NCBI GenBank assembly: GCA_016839945.1
Contig: JAEOTE010000005.1
Coordinates: 1 to 37,024, forward strand
Source: Candidatus Heimdallarchaeota archaeon
GTDB taxonomy: Archaea; Asgardarchaeota; Heimdallarchaeia; Heimdallarchaeales; Heimdallarchaeaceae
Direction: 5' to 3'
DNA length: 37,024 nt
Positions within the stretch are counted from its first letter, which is position 1. Every line of letters starts with the position of its first letter. Made by a program: the position numbers and the translations under genes. Shown here piece by piece: positions 9,010-18,100 of this stretch. Below the pieces are notes generated by a model, which was given only the letters and a program-made list of their open reading frames with translations, made no database searches and had not been told where the DNA came from.

Positions 9010-10494
9010 ATGAAAATAAAAAAAATAGCACTTTTAATATTGTTAGTTTCAACTTTGACATTTGGATCAACAATCTTCATGACAGAAGCTAAAGTAAAAC
9101 CAATAGATCCTCCAGAATTGAAACCTGATAGTGGCACACTGCATATAGTAACTAGACATGCAAGCAATATTCAAACTCTGTTTAGAGATAGATTCCTTGC
9201 ACATCCACTAGCAATAAACAATGGAATAACAGCACTAGAATTTAGTGCAGCAGGATCAGCTGAGGGAGCTAAGAAACTTATGGAAAATCCAGCAAAAGGA
9301 ATAGACATTGCATGGGGAGGTGGCCCAGCAGTATTCAATACTCTTAATGACTGGGGCTTATTACTGCCCATCGACAATATAACTCTAATAAACTACATTA
9401 ACTCAAAAGTTCCTGATCAAATTGCTGGAGCTGATACTAAACTTAATGACTCTTCTGGAAATCTCATATGGGTTGCTAATGCCATTTCTTCTTTTGGATT
9501 TACCGTCAATCATGATTTCTTAACTACTCATGGATTACCAGTACCTCATACATGGGAAGAACTAGCTTCTCCAGTATATTACATTGGAGCAGGTGCACGA
9601 GCAGTAAGTATGGGTGATCCACCAGGAACAACCTCAAACACCAGAATTTATCAAATCATTCTACAAGCGTTTGGATGGGAAGAAGGATGGTCCATTTTAA
9701 CAAGAATGGGAGCTAATTCAGGTATCTATCCAGGATCTGTAGCTACAAGACAAGCAGTAGTTGATGGTAACGTAGGTATCGCAATGACAATAGATTTTTA
9801 TGGTACAATCGCAGGTAGTGAAAATCCAGATTGTGAATATATCATTCCTGAAGGACAATCTATAGTTAATGGTGATCCAATAGCAATCTCAGCAAATACA
9901 GATAATAAAGCTAAAGCAGAGATTTTTCTCCAATATCTGTTTGATGAAAATGCTGGACAAACTGATTGGATGCGACCAGGTTTAGAACGTCTTCCTGTTA
10001 ATGAGTTGGCTTTTAATTCTACCTATGGTAAAACAAGAACTGACATATATGCACTATATAACGATACTCTAGTAAATGAAGGAATAGATTTTAATGAAAC
10101 TGAAGCAACTGCACACTTACGCGCATGCATATACTACTTCCATAACACTATCTCAGAATCTCATACTCAATTAAGAGAGACTTGGGGTGAAATGATAACT
10201 CAATTAGGTGATGGTACAATTACTCAAGCTCGTTTTGATGAGTTGGTAGATATGTTGGGTGCTGTAGGTATGACTCACGAAGAATCTTTTACAGTAACTA
10301 CTGAAATGCAAGATACTCTAAAAGCATCTGAATATGAAGAACAGTGGCTAGCTTTTGCTCTACAGAAGTATAGTAATTTAATATGTGAACTGGGCGGAGT
10401 ATGTGAGAAAACTGCTTTTCAATTAACACCGATATTAATATCTACAATTTTCATTGGAATACTAACAATAATCTTCCGAAAGAGAAGGAAATGA
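9010..10494 (+). CDS. ABC transporter substrate-binding protein, Fe3+/thiamine (AfuA/FbpA-like) class
   Basis: Signal peptide, DIAWGGG, PHTWEELA, GDPPGTTSNTR, IAMTIDFYG, NGDPIAI; C-terminal TM helix plus RKRRK. Confidence 0.85.
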   Translation: MKIKKIALLILLVSTLTFGSTIFMTEAKVKPIDPPELKPDSGTLHIVTRHASNIQTLFRDRFLAHPLAINNGITALEFSAAGSAEGAKKLMENPAKGIDIAWGGGPAVFNTLNDWGLLLPIDNITLINYINSKVPDQIAGADTKLNDSSGNLIWVANAISSFGFTVNHDFLTTHGLPVPHTWEELASPVYYIGAGARAVSMGDPPGTTSNTRIYQIILQAFGWEEGWSILTRMGANSGIYPGSVATRQAVVDGNVGIAMTIDFYGTIAGSENPDCEYIIPEGQSIVNGDPIAISANTDNKAKAEIFLQYLFDENAGQTDWMRPGLERLPVNELAFNSTYGKTRTDIYALYNDTLVNEGIDFNETEATAHLRACIYYFHNTISESHTQLRETWGEMITQLGDGTITQARFDELVDMLGAVGMTHEESFTVTTEMQDTLKASEYEEQWLAFALQKYSNLICELGGVCEKTAFQLTPILISTIFIGILTIIFRKRRK

Positions 10495-10504
10495 AACCTT
10501 AACA

Positions 10505-10524
10505 TTTCTTTCTTCTTATTTTTT
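10505..10524 (+). terminator. Oligo-T terminator-like tract between binding-protein and permease genes
   Basis: T-rich tract shortly after the stop at 10494. Confidence 0.5.
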
Positions 10525-10694
10525 TAAATCAAATTTCTTGAAAATACTTCACTTAATGTTTAATTTTTGGAAAAATTTTTTTTAATAACGTTAAAAGATT
10601 ACTTGAAAATCATAAAAAGCATCAATTTTAGGAGTAAAATTCAAAAAGCATAAAGAAATAAATATCCAGAAGGAGAAAAAATAGGAAGATTCCA

Positions 10695-13586
10695 ATGGCA
10701 AAAACAAAGAAAAGTCAGAATAAAAAAAATAATGCTAAAGGGCAAAAAAAAGAAAGAAAATCTATTATAGACTTTCTATATGTGAAGTTACTACGTGATC
10801 GTTCTACAAACTTCATAATTGTTGTAACTGTTTTTGTTTTTATCGTTTGGATGGTAATTCCATTATTTTTAGTTTTGTCAGCAGGAGTATATTTCGATGG
10901 AAGTTGGTCAGGACAACCCATTGTAAATGTATTTGCAGGTAATTCAAGTAAAAAATTCTTTAATTTTGCAGGAGAACCAAATACACAACTCGTGACAAAA
11001 ACTACAGAGGAACTTGGAGGACCTTCTGATTCAATTAAGGTTGTTGATGATGTCGCTTATGTTGCGGAGCGGGAGGGTGGTATAGAGGTTCTGAATGTAA
11101 GTGATACATCTGAAATAATAGAAATAACAACATATGATGATAATATAAGTTCGTTTCAGGATATAGAAATAAAGGATAATTATTTATTTAGCGCAGCTGG
11201 AAAAAGCGGTCTAGTTGTATTCAACATTTCTAATGTAAATGATGGCATCTATCCAATCGCATTTTTACCAGGACTAGCTAATACTACTAATTTTCTAACT
11301 TTGTCAAACAACTTGGTTATTTTAGAAACTAATAGAGATGGATTTTCCATTATAGATGTATCTAATGTTGTTCAACCTGTAATTCAGGCTAATGTGTCAG
11401 TTGATTATGAACTAAAAAACATTGTAGTAAAAGATACCATTGCTTATGCAGTAGGTTATTCTCTTGGAATAATTGTTTTTAACATAAGCGATCCTACTGT
11501 TCCTCAAATTATTCGAACTTATAGTGATTTCCCAGGTCTTGGTACATTAAGAGTTCAAGATATCAGCGTTGTTAACGATATCGCTTATGTTGCTTTAGGT
11601 TCAAAAATGGCTCTATTTAATGTTAGCAATCCTGCTGATATTTCCTTAATTTCAGAGATGGACAATATAGAAGCAAATGGTGTGGAAGTTTCTGGTGATT
11701 ATGCTTATGTTACCGTATTTGATACTGTTAATCTGATATATGGAGTGGTTGTTGTTGATATTAGCAACACTACAAATTTAATTGAACTTGGAAGTTTCAC
11801 AACTTCACTTTATTTTAATCAAGATGTCTTTATAGATGAGTCAAGGAATCTTATCTTCTTAGCTCAAGGAAAAGGAGGAACTCAGATTGTTGATATAACT
11901 GATAAAAACAACCTTGTGCTCTTAAGTAGTTTTGTTGACACGCAAACAATTACTGTTTATATTTTTAGTGGAAAAAATAGGGGTATAGTATTAAATACAT
12001 TGATATTGGGAGTCTGTACAACCATCGGTTCAATACTTTTAGGTACAGCATTAGCGTTTATTTTGGCAAGATATGAATTTCCAGGAAAAAAACTAATAAG
12101 CTTATTAGCTTTAGCTCCTTTAATTATACCACCATTCATTTCAGGAATGGGTTTTAACTTACTTATAGGACCTAGTGGTTTACTTAATAACTTATTTCTA
12201 ATACCTGTTTTTCAAATAAAGGTAATTTTTACGGGATTTCTTGCTATTTGTTATGTACAAACTTCTCATTTCTATGCATTAGTTTACCTAAATGCTTATT
12301 CTTCATTTCTTAATATAGATCCAAGCATGGAAGAATCAGCTGAAAATCTTGGTGCAGGTAGTTTTCGTTTGTTTTACAGTGTTACTCTCCCCTTAGCACT
12401 GCCTGGAATAGGTGCAGGTTCTATACTAGTACTAATTCTTTCAATGGAAGATGTTGGGACACCAATAATCTTTGCAAGACTGGGTGATACTCTTGCAACT
12501 AATTATTTAACATATTATGTGTTTGATAACTTTCATAGACAGGGAGCTGCAGTGATTACGCCTGAAGTGTGTATCCTAGGGGCCCTACTGTTAATAATAG
12601 CACTAATTGGCTTCTTTATGATTCGAAAGTATGTTTCTCTTAGAAAATATGCAATGGTAAGTAAAGGGAGAGCAGGTGAATACAGACTGACAAAGGCTAG
12701 ATGGAAATTGTTGTTCATCTATCCTTTTCTAATTATACTTTTTGCATTATCATTATTAATCCATGTTGGAGTGTTTTTGATGTCTATTCTGAAAACTCTT
12801 GGCCCTACGAAAGCCTCTGATGTTAAATTCACGTTTGATAATTATCGTTTAATATTTGATAGAACATCATTAGAAGGACAACTATACAATATCCCTCCAT
12901 ATATGTTGAATACGATTGTTTATAGTGTTGTAGCAACTATGTTGATTATTATACTTGGTTCTTTAGCTGCATATGTTATAAGCAGAAAAGAATTCAAAGG
13001 AAAAAATCTATTAGATGCTTTAGTTACACTTCCTATTGCTATCCCAGGTATTGTTCTAGCTCTTGGATACTATAGAACTTTTGATTGGAGTAGCATAGCT
13101 GCGAAAAATCCCACGTGGATAAACAATATGATGGCAAATGTAACGTCTACTCTTCGGTTAGATCCGTTTATAGGAGTAGCAGTAACTCTACTAATATTGA
13201 GTTATACGGTTAGAAAATTTCCATTCACTGTGAGGTCAGCATTTGCAGGATTACAACAAACTGATGTGGTTCTTGAGGAAGCTTCATTTAATCTAGGAGC
13301 AAGTAGAATGCAAACCTTTTCAAAAGTGACTCTTCCTTTGATTTCACTTAATGTTTTTGCAGGATCTTTGGTATCCTTCCTCTATTGTCTTTCAGAGGTA
13401 TCTACTACAATATTTTTGATATTCCAATCAGAAGCAGGAACATTAACATGGTATATGGCTTGGATGCCTCTTAAATTTCAGATTTTCTGTGCTTTAGGTG
13501 TATTACTAATGTTACTTCAAGTCTTTAGCCTATTTGTAACAAATGTAATATTAGGTTCAAGGGCAGAAGCAATAACAGGAATCTAA
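10695..13586 (+). CDS. Fe3+/thiamine-type ABC permease (FbpB/ThiP-like, two fused TM domains) with inserted LVIVD beta-propeller
   Basis: Two EAA loops (MEESAENLGA, LEEASFNLGA), PLIIPPF and LPIAIPGIV motifs; seven LVIVD-type repeats after the first TM helix. Confidence 0.88.
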   Translation: MAKTKKSQNKKNNAKGQKKERKSIIDFLYVKLLRDRSTNFIIVVTVFVFIVWMVIPLFLVLSAGVYFDGSWSGQPIVNVFAGNSSKKFFNFAGEPNTQLVTKTTEELGGPSDSIKVVDDVAYVAEREGGIEVLNVSDTSEIIEITTYDDNISSFQDIEIKDNYLFSAAGKSGLVVFNISNVNDGIYPIAFLPGLANTTNFLTLSNNLVILETNRDGFSIIDVSNVVQPVIQANVSVDYELKNIVVKDTIAYAVGYSLGIIVFNISDPTVPQIIRTYSDFPGLGTLRVQDISVVNDIAYVALGSKMALFNVSNPADISLISEMDNIEANGVEVSGDYAYVTVFDTVNLIYGVVVVDISNTTNLIELGSFTTSLYFNQDVFIDESRNLIFLAQGKGGTQIVDITDKNNLVLLSSFVDTQTITVYIFSGKNRGIVLNTLILGVCTTIGSILLGTALAFILARYEFPGKKLISLLALAPLIIPPFISGMGFNLLIGPSGLLNNLFLIPVFQIKVIFTGFLAICYVQTSHFYALVYLNAYSSFLNIDPSMEESAENLGAGSFRLFYSVTLPLALPGIGAGSILVLILSMEDVGTPIIFARLGDTLATNYLTYYVFDNFHRQGAAVITPEVCILGALLLIIALIGFFMIRKYVSLRKYAMVSKGRAGEYRLTKARWKLLFIYPFLIILFALSLLIHVGVFLMSILKTLGPTKASDVKFTFDNYRLIFDRTSLEGQLYNIPPYMLNTIVYSVVATMLIIILGSLAAYVISRKEFKGKNLLDALVTLPIAIPGIVLALGYYRTFDWSSIAAKNPTWINNMMANVTSTLRLDPFIGVAVTLLILSYTVRKFPFTVRSAFAGLQQTDVVLEEASFNLGASRMQTFSKVTLPLISLNVFAGSLVSFLYCLSEVSTTIFLIFQSEAGTLTWYMAWMPLKFQIFCALGVLLMLLQVFSLFVTNVILGSRAEAITGI

Positions 13587-13613
13587 TTTCTTTTTTCTTT
13601 TTTTTCTTTTTTT
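13587..13613 (+). terminator. Oligo-T terminator
   Basis: 27-nt T-rich tract directly after the permease stop, between convergent genes. Confidence 0.7.
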
Positions 13614-13617
13614 CAAA

Positions 13618-15297
13618 TCATTGAAAGTGGATTTTTTTCTGTTCGTACCCTATTTTCCCTCCATTCTCATCTTGAAAAATAAACTCAATCAATGTCTTTC
13701 CAAGAAAATTAGTGGCTGGTATTTCAATCATTTTTGTTTCGTGAGAATTGTCCTCTAACCTTAATGGGTATAAATGACTTGTAAAAATACCACCTCTTAC
13801 GAATGATATTCTCAGTGTTCCTACAATTTCTTCATTATTTCTATTATAGAGATGAACAGGGATGCTAAATGGTTTATATATCGGTGCTGTCTCAGGGGCT
13901 ATTGCTTTGATTTCAATGTTTTTAGTTTGTTGTTCCAAATCTAGACTTGGCATAGAAAAACTCCAAGATATATTCTCAAACAACGTTCCTTTTGTTTTTA
14001 ACATCTCTTCAGAATGGGTTTCAGAAATCTTCCCTACTATTTTACTTTTCATATAAACTGCATCTTTGTGAGATTTTACAGATATTTGATACTTATCCAT
14101 GTCATCATAGCTATATCTAATTTCTCGAATTGCTGTATCTCCAAGTGTATTACCTCGTTGCAGTATAATACATGAAGGATCTCGATGAAGATATCTAACA
14201 TCATGAATTAATGTTGGATCAATAGGAAACCATATGCCATTAATGAAGAATTCTGCTTGGGAATGATACAACCACCCTTCTATATCACTATGAATAATAC
14301 TTGTTGTCATTCTTGCTGGTATGTTAGCAGCTCTGCACAAACTTACAAAAAGGGATGCAAATTCTGTGCAATCCCCATAACGATTTTCTATCGCGAATAT
14401 AGGTCCATAATCCCCATCAAGTGGAATATAATCAATGTTATTCTTGATGAATTTGAGAAAAGCAAAAACTTTCCCTAAAGGAGAATATTCTTGAAACTTT
14501 CTTGCAACCTTCCTTATCGACTGGTGAGTTGATTCAATGAATGGTTCGGGTTGTGTATACTTTCTAAAAGTTTCTAAGTAAAGGTCTTCTAAAGATTCTT
14601 CATGACCTTTAATTCTTGTAATATCATATGCGACTAATCTTGTTATAATATATGCTCTATAAGCTAAAGTGATTTTTTCTTTTGGGTTAATTTGATGAAA
14701 ATAGAATCTTAACCATCGATTTCCTTCATCATCATATATTAATTTAGAGGGTTGATAGTTGCAAACAACATTAGTGACATGTTGTATTGGAGTAATATTT
14801 GGAGGGATCATAACGTCCATTACAAAATTATTCAAGGGAATATTGTTTGGATTCTCAAAGTGAACTCCATAAGAAAGAACCCAACGATATAATAGTTGTT
14901 TATTAGTTTTAATATTTAGTTTTTCTCGTAATCTAAAATCTCCGTCAATTTGTAAAAGGTAAGTACCAGAATAAAGATCAGGAACAACTGGAAAGGTGTA
15001 TATTCTTCGAAGACCAGTTTCATCTAAACGAACTTGATTAGAATCAATTATTGTCCCTATTGGAGAAACTAAAAGTATGTGTAAATTAACGTCTTTTTTG
15101 GTACGAACAAAAGGAATTGACTGTTCTTTACCAGCAACTAAAATACTATCCCCTACCTCTATGAGATTTTGTAAGGACACTTGTTTAGCCTTATTGCCTT
15201 TAACATGAAACACTTCTATCATGTTTGAATCACAAGGATGTTGTAATATTCTACAAATATTTAGAGGAATATGTTGTTCTAATTCCTCTGTAATCAA
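13618..15297 (-). CDS. Transglutaminase-like domain protein
   Basis: Cys-His-Asp triad motifs GDCTEFASLFVSLCRAANIPAR, YHSQAE and WFPIDPT; no signal peptide; start uncertain (TTG). Confidence 0.85.
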   Translation of the reverse strand: MITEELEQHIPLNICRILQHPCDSNMIEVFHVKGNKAKQVSLQNLIEVGDSILVAGKEQSIPFVRTKKDVNLHILLVSPIGTIIDSNQVRLDETGLRRIYTFPVVPDLYSGTYLLQIDGDFRLREKLNIKTNKQLLYRWVLSYGVHFENPNNIPLNNFVMDVMIPPNITPIQHVTNVVCNYQPSKLIYDDEGNRWLRFYFHQINPKEKITLAYRAYIITRLVAYDITRIKGHEESLEDLYLETFRKYTQPEPFIESTHQSIRKVARKFQEYSPLGKVFAFLKFIKNNIDYIPLDGDYGPIFAIENRYGDCTEFASLFVSLCRAANIPARMTTSIIHSDIEGWLYHSQAEFFINGIWFPIDPTLIHDVRYLHRDPSCIILQRGNTLGDTAIREIRYSYDDMDKYQISVKSHKDAVYMKSKIVGKISETHSEEMLKTKGTLFENISWSFSMPSLDLEQQTKNIEIKAIAPETAPIYKPFSIPVHLYNRNNEEIVGTLRISFVRGGIFTSHLYPLRLEDNSHETKMIEIPATNFLGKTLIEFIFQDENGGKIGYEQKKIHFQ

Positions 15298-15701
15298 ATT
15301 AGAAGAGAAATCGATTATAAATATACGTAATATTGTCGGAACTTGAATTACTCAACAGATAGGGAAATGAAAACATAAGCTAGAGCTTTGAATAAATTAT
15401 TTCTGTGAAAACTGAATATAGCTTAAACGTTAATGAAATTTTTGTAGATTCATAAATTATAGATTAGCTTGAATTCATGTTATCTGACTGTAATGAATTG
15501 AATTTGGAATAATGTCATTATGTGAATGGAATATTTAACAGTTTAAAAAATTCATTCCAATTATTAAAATGTTTAATTAATTAATCATACGTTTCATAGA
15601 AATGTTTTTTGTTTTTCTTGTTAGTATCGAAATTTCTTTGGGAAACATTTATTATATAGTAGATTCTTTGTTACTTGCACATTAATGTGCGGTGAAAATG
15701 A

Positions 15702-16898
15702 ATGAAAAGAAAATACATTCTAGCATCAATTCTAATTGTGGGAATGATTGCCGGCATGACCGCTCAAGGTGTTCACCCACCACCTAGTTACATCCTAGTT
15801 TCTAATGGTGTTGTAGCTATTGATTTAGCTCATGGTGGATTTACTGATAATCGAGGACATGAAACACTCGATCCATTAGTATCAAACCTTACATATGCAG
15901 GCAATGAAGTAGTTTTCCTAGAAGACGATGGAACAAAGAAATGGAAATACGAAATACCAGATGAAGCTTCAATACTCATCTTGACTCAGTGTGATATAAA
16001 CTACACTATTGAAGAAAGAGAAGAAGTCAAAAGATGGCTAATGTTGGAAAACAAGCTTATACTCGTAGCAGGAGATAGTGATTATGTTCCAAGTGGAGAA
16101 ACTGCACCAGCCTTTAATATGGTTTATCTCAATGAATTATTCCATTCTATTGGTGCCATAAGTAGGTTTGCTTCAGTCTCTATAGAAGATGATTATTACA
16201 AGGATGGTTCATCTTATCGTCCTGCAGCTCCTAGAGAAGGCCACGGAGACAGACCTGGAACTGGAATTATCTCTGACATCTTAACAGCAGGTATTCCAGA
16301 ATTCGTTAGTTATGCAGATCAGCAAGCCTCAAACGTTTCATTATGGGACGATTGGCACAAAAATGAAACAGGAATTATGGTTCACTCACCAACTTCTATT
16401 GTTGCTTGGGTAGAAGCTGTAAGTGATGATAATCCATTGGATGAATATAGTCACATAAGAGACATCAGAGAAGGAAGTATATCCTTCCCAAGATACCTAG
16501 AAGTAGTTTATTGGTTCAGTGAACATGCAGTAGCCTTTGACAGTGATGTAACTGATGGTCACTATGATTTCTATGCTATGGATAACGTTACTGCTGGAGA
16601 AAATGGTGACTATCCTGCTGTTGTATGGGAAGACCTATACCTATCCTTAGGAGTACACAGTTATATGATTCTTGCTGGTGAAGGAATCTTTACCTTCTAC
16701 AAGAGTATGTATAACACATATACTGAAAAAGGAGACTATGGTGACGGAATACACTACGGCAAAATGTTTGTAGATAACATATTCAATCACTACCTAGTTC
16801 CAATAATAGCAGTAGACGAAGGATCATTTGCATTTGCATTTGCTATAATCCCACTAGCCTTCATTGGCGTAATATATGTATTAATGAGAAAAAGATAA
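15702..16898 (+). CDS. Secreted, C-terminally anchored protein with DUF4350/GldG-like (GATase-like fold) domain
   Basis: Signal peptide; VAIDLAHG, YTIEEREEVKRWL and ILVAGDSDY motifs; TM helix plus RKR tail. Confidence 0.6.
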   Translation: MKRKYILASILIVGMIAGMTAQGVHPPPSYILVSNGVVAIDLAHGGFTDNRGHETLDPLVSNLTYAGNEVVFLEDDGTKKWKYEIPDEASILILTQCDINYTIEEREEVKRWLMLENKLILVAGDSDYVPSGETAPAFNMVYLNELFHSIGAISRFASVSIEDDYYKDGSSYRPAAPREGHGDRPGTGIISDILTAGIPEFVSYADQQASNVSLWDDWHKNETGIMVHSPTSIVAWVEAVSDDNPLDEYSHIRDIREGSISFPRYLEVVYWFSEHAVAFDSDVTDGHYDFYAMDNVTAGENGDYPAVVWEDLYLSLGVHSYMILAGEGIFTFYKSMYNTYTEKGDYGDGIHYGKMFVDNIFNHYLVPIIAVDEGSFAFAFAIIPLAFIGVIYVLMRKR

Positions 16899-16936
16899 TT
16901 CTTTTTCTTTTTCCTTTATTTTTTTGTTTATTTTTT
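16899..16936 (+). terminator. Oligo-T terminator
   Basis: Long T tract after the stop at 16898. Confidence 0.7.
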
Positions 16937-17035
16937 AAAAATCAGAAAGTTTGTAAACACTTGAAATTCCTAGAAAGGTTATTTATAGCTAGTAAATCAA
17001 TGTTGTATTGTTCTATCTGTGTTGGTGATATATAA

Positions 17036-17449
17036 TTGACAATCATATGGGGTTATACACCTACTGATACTCTTCCTAAAATGAAGAAAATAGGAGGAAA
17101 AATGAAAGAAGCAAAGCAAATTTTTTCTGCAATTCTCTTTGAGAAAGGAATAAATGGGATTGCAATAAACATAAACAAAATCGAAGAAAAACCGCAGATT
17201 AAACTAAGCTTGGTAATAGATGAAGTAATTGCTTTTGAGCAATATCTTTCTCCTCCAAACATAGGAGAATGCACTTTTATGATGGAGAAAGAAATAATTC
17301 CAAAAACAAAGATAGAAATATGTGTTGTTGTTAAAGAAGGGATAATTCATCTCCCAATATCAGCTATTGGTACTGGTATGGGTTTTCACAAGATGAGTGA
17401 TGAGTTCGTACCTACAAATCACCTTCCTTTAGGAATAATTATCTCATAA
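17036..17449 (+). CDS. Hypothetical protein (beta-rich)
   Basis: 137-aa ORF filling the gap, TTTATA box upstream; start uncertain (TTG or a later ATG). Confidence 0.55.
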   Translation: MTIIWGYTPTDTLPKMKKIGGKMKEAKQIFSAILFEKGINGIAININKIEEKPQIKLSLVIDEVIAFEQYLSPPNIGECTFMMEKEIIPKTKIEICVVVKEGIIHLPISAIGTGMGFHKMSDEFVPTNHLPLGIIIS

Positions 17450-17450
17450 A

Positions 17451-17957
17451 CTAAAGATCTTTTTTCATTGAGATAAGGTTTCTAGTAAAACCAAGGTTAT
17501 CATAAAAATCCAACCCACTAGAATTCTTCACATGAACGTTGAGTGACATACAGTTAGCATTATTGTTCTTAGCAAACTCATGTTCAAATTTTTCCATCAA
17601 TTCTGTTCCAATTCCTTTTCTTCTAAACTCTTCCAGAATCGTAATATCGGAGATATGAGCTATTATTCTCTTTCTAAAAAAACCTGAATACATACGTATG
17701 TAACCATATAGAAAACCCACTACTTCTTTCTCAAATTTAACAACATAAACAACTTGTGTTATATCATTCATTGCAGTCTCTATAACGAATTTGAAGTTTG
17801 CCTTTCCTTCTGAATCAAAAATAAAATCTTTATCAAATTCAGCATGCCAATTTATTGTTTGTGTCCATAAATCAATAATTTCTTCAATGTCTTCTTTTGA
17901 ACCTTTAATTATTTCAAAGTGAAATTTATTATTAGATTCAGTATGCATAGTGAACAA
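17451..17957 (-). CDS. GNAT family N-acetyltransferase
   Basis: Acetyl-CoA motif EFRRKGIGTELM and N..GLDFYDNLGF. Confidence 0.9.
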   Translation of the reverse strand: MFTMHTESNNKFHFEIIKGSKEDIEEIIDLWTQTINWHAEFDKDFIFDSEGKANFKFVIETAMNDITQVVYVVKFEKEVVGFLYGYIRMYSGFFRKRIIAHISDITILEEFRRKGIGTELMEKFEHEFAKNNNANCMSLNVHVKNSSGLDFYDNLGFTRNLISMKKDL

Positions 17958-18019
17958 GAATTTTACTAATTCTAATACTTAACGCATTTTTTTCATTCAT
18001 TATTCTATTACTCACGTTA

Positions 18020-18100
18020 TGAAACTTGGTTAAACTTGCCAAAGGCTATTTAACCGTCGTTTAAGTGGGTCCCCTACACGTGCGATGAGGGGAAAGGATC
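18020..18100 (-). ncRNA. Putative 3' part of TnpB omega/reRNA and element right end
   Basis: Minus-strand stems TCCCCT/AGGGGA (18070-18093, spanning the tnpB stop) and GGTTAAA-TA-GCC-TTT-GGC-AAG-TTTAACC (18028-18055), located where TnpB guide scaffolds normally lie. Confidence 0.5.

Noticed and set aside
15190-15225. Gelsolin-like VFHVKG at the transglutaminase N-terminus
   Set aside because: Six-residue resemblance with no other gelsolin motifs.
15298-15701. 400-bp AT-rich intergenic region with short inverted TGGAAT/ATTCCA
   Set aside because: Adequately explained as a divergent promoter region; the repeats are too short for this base composition.
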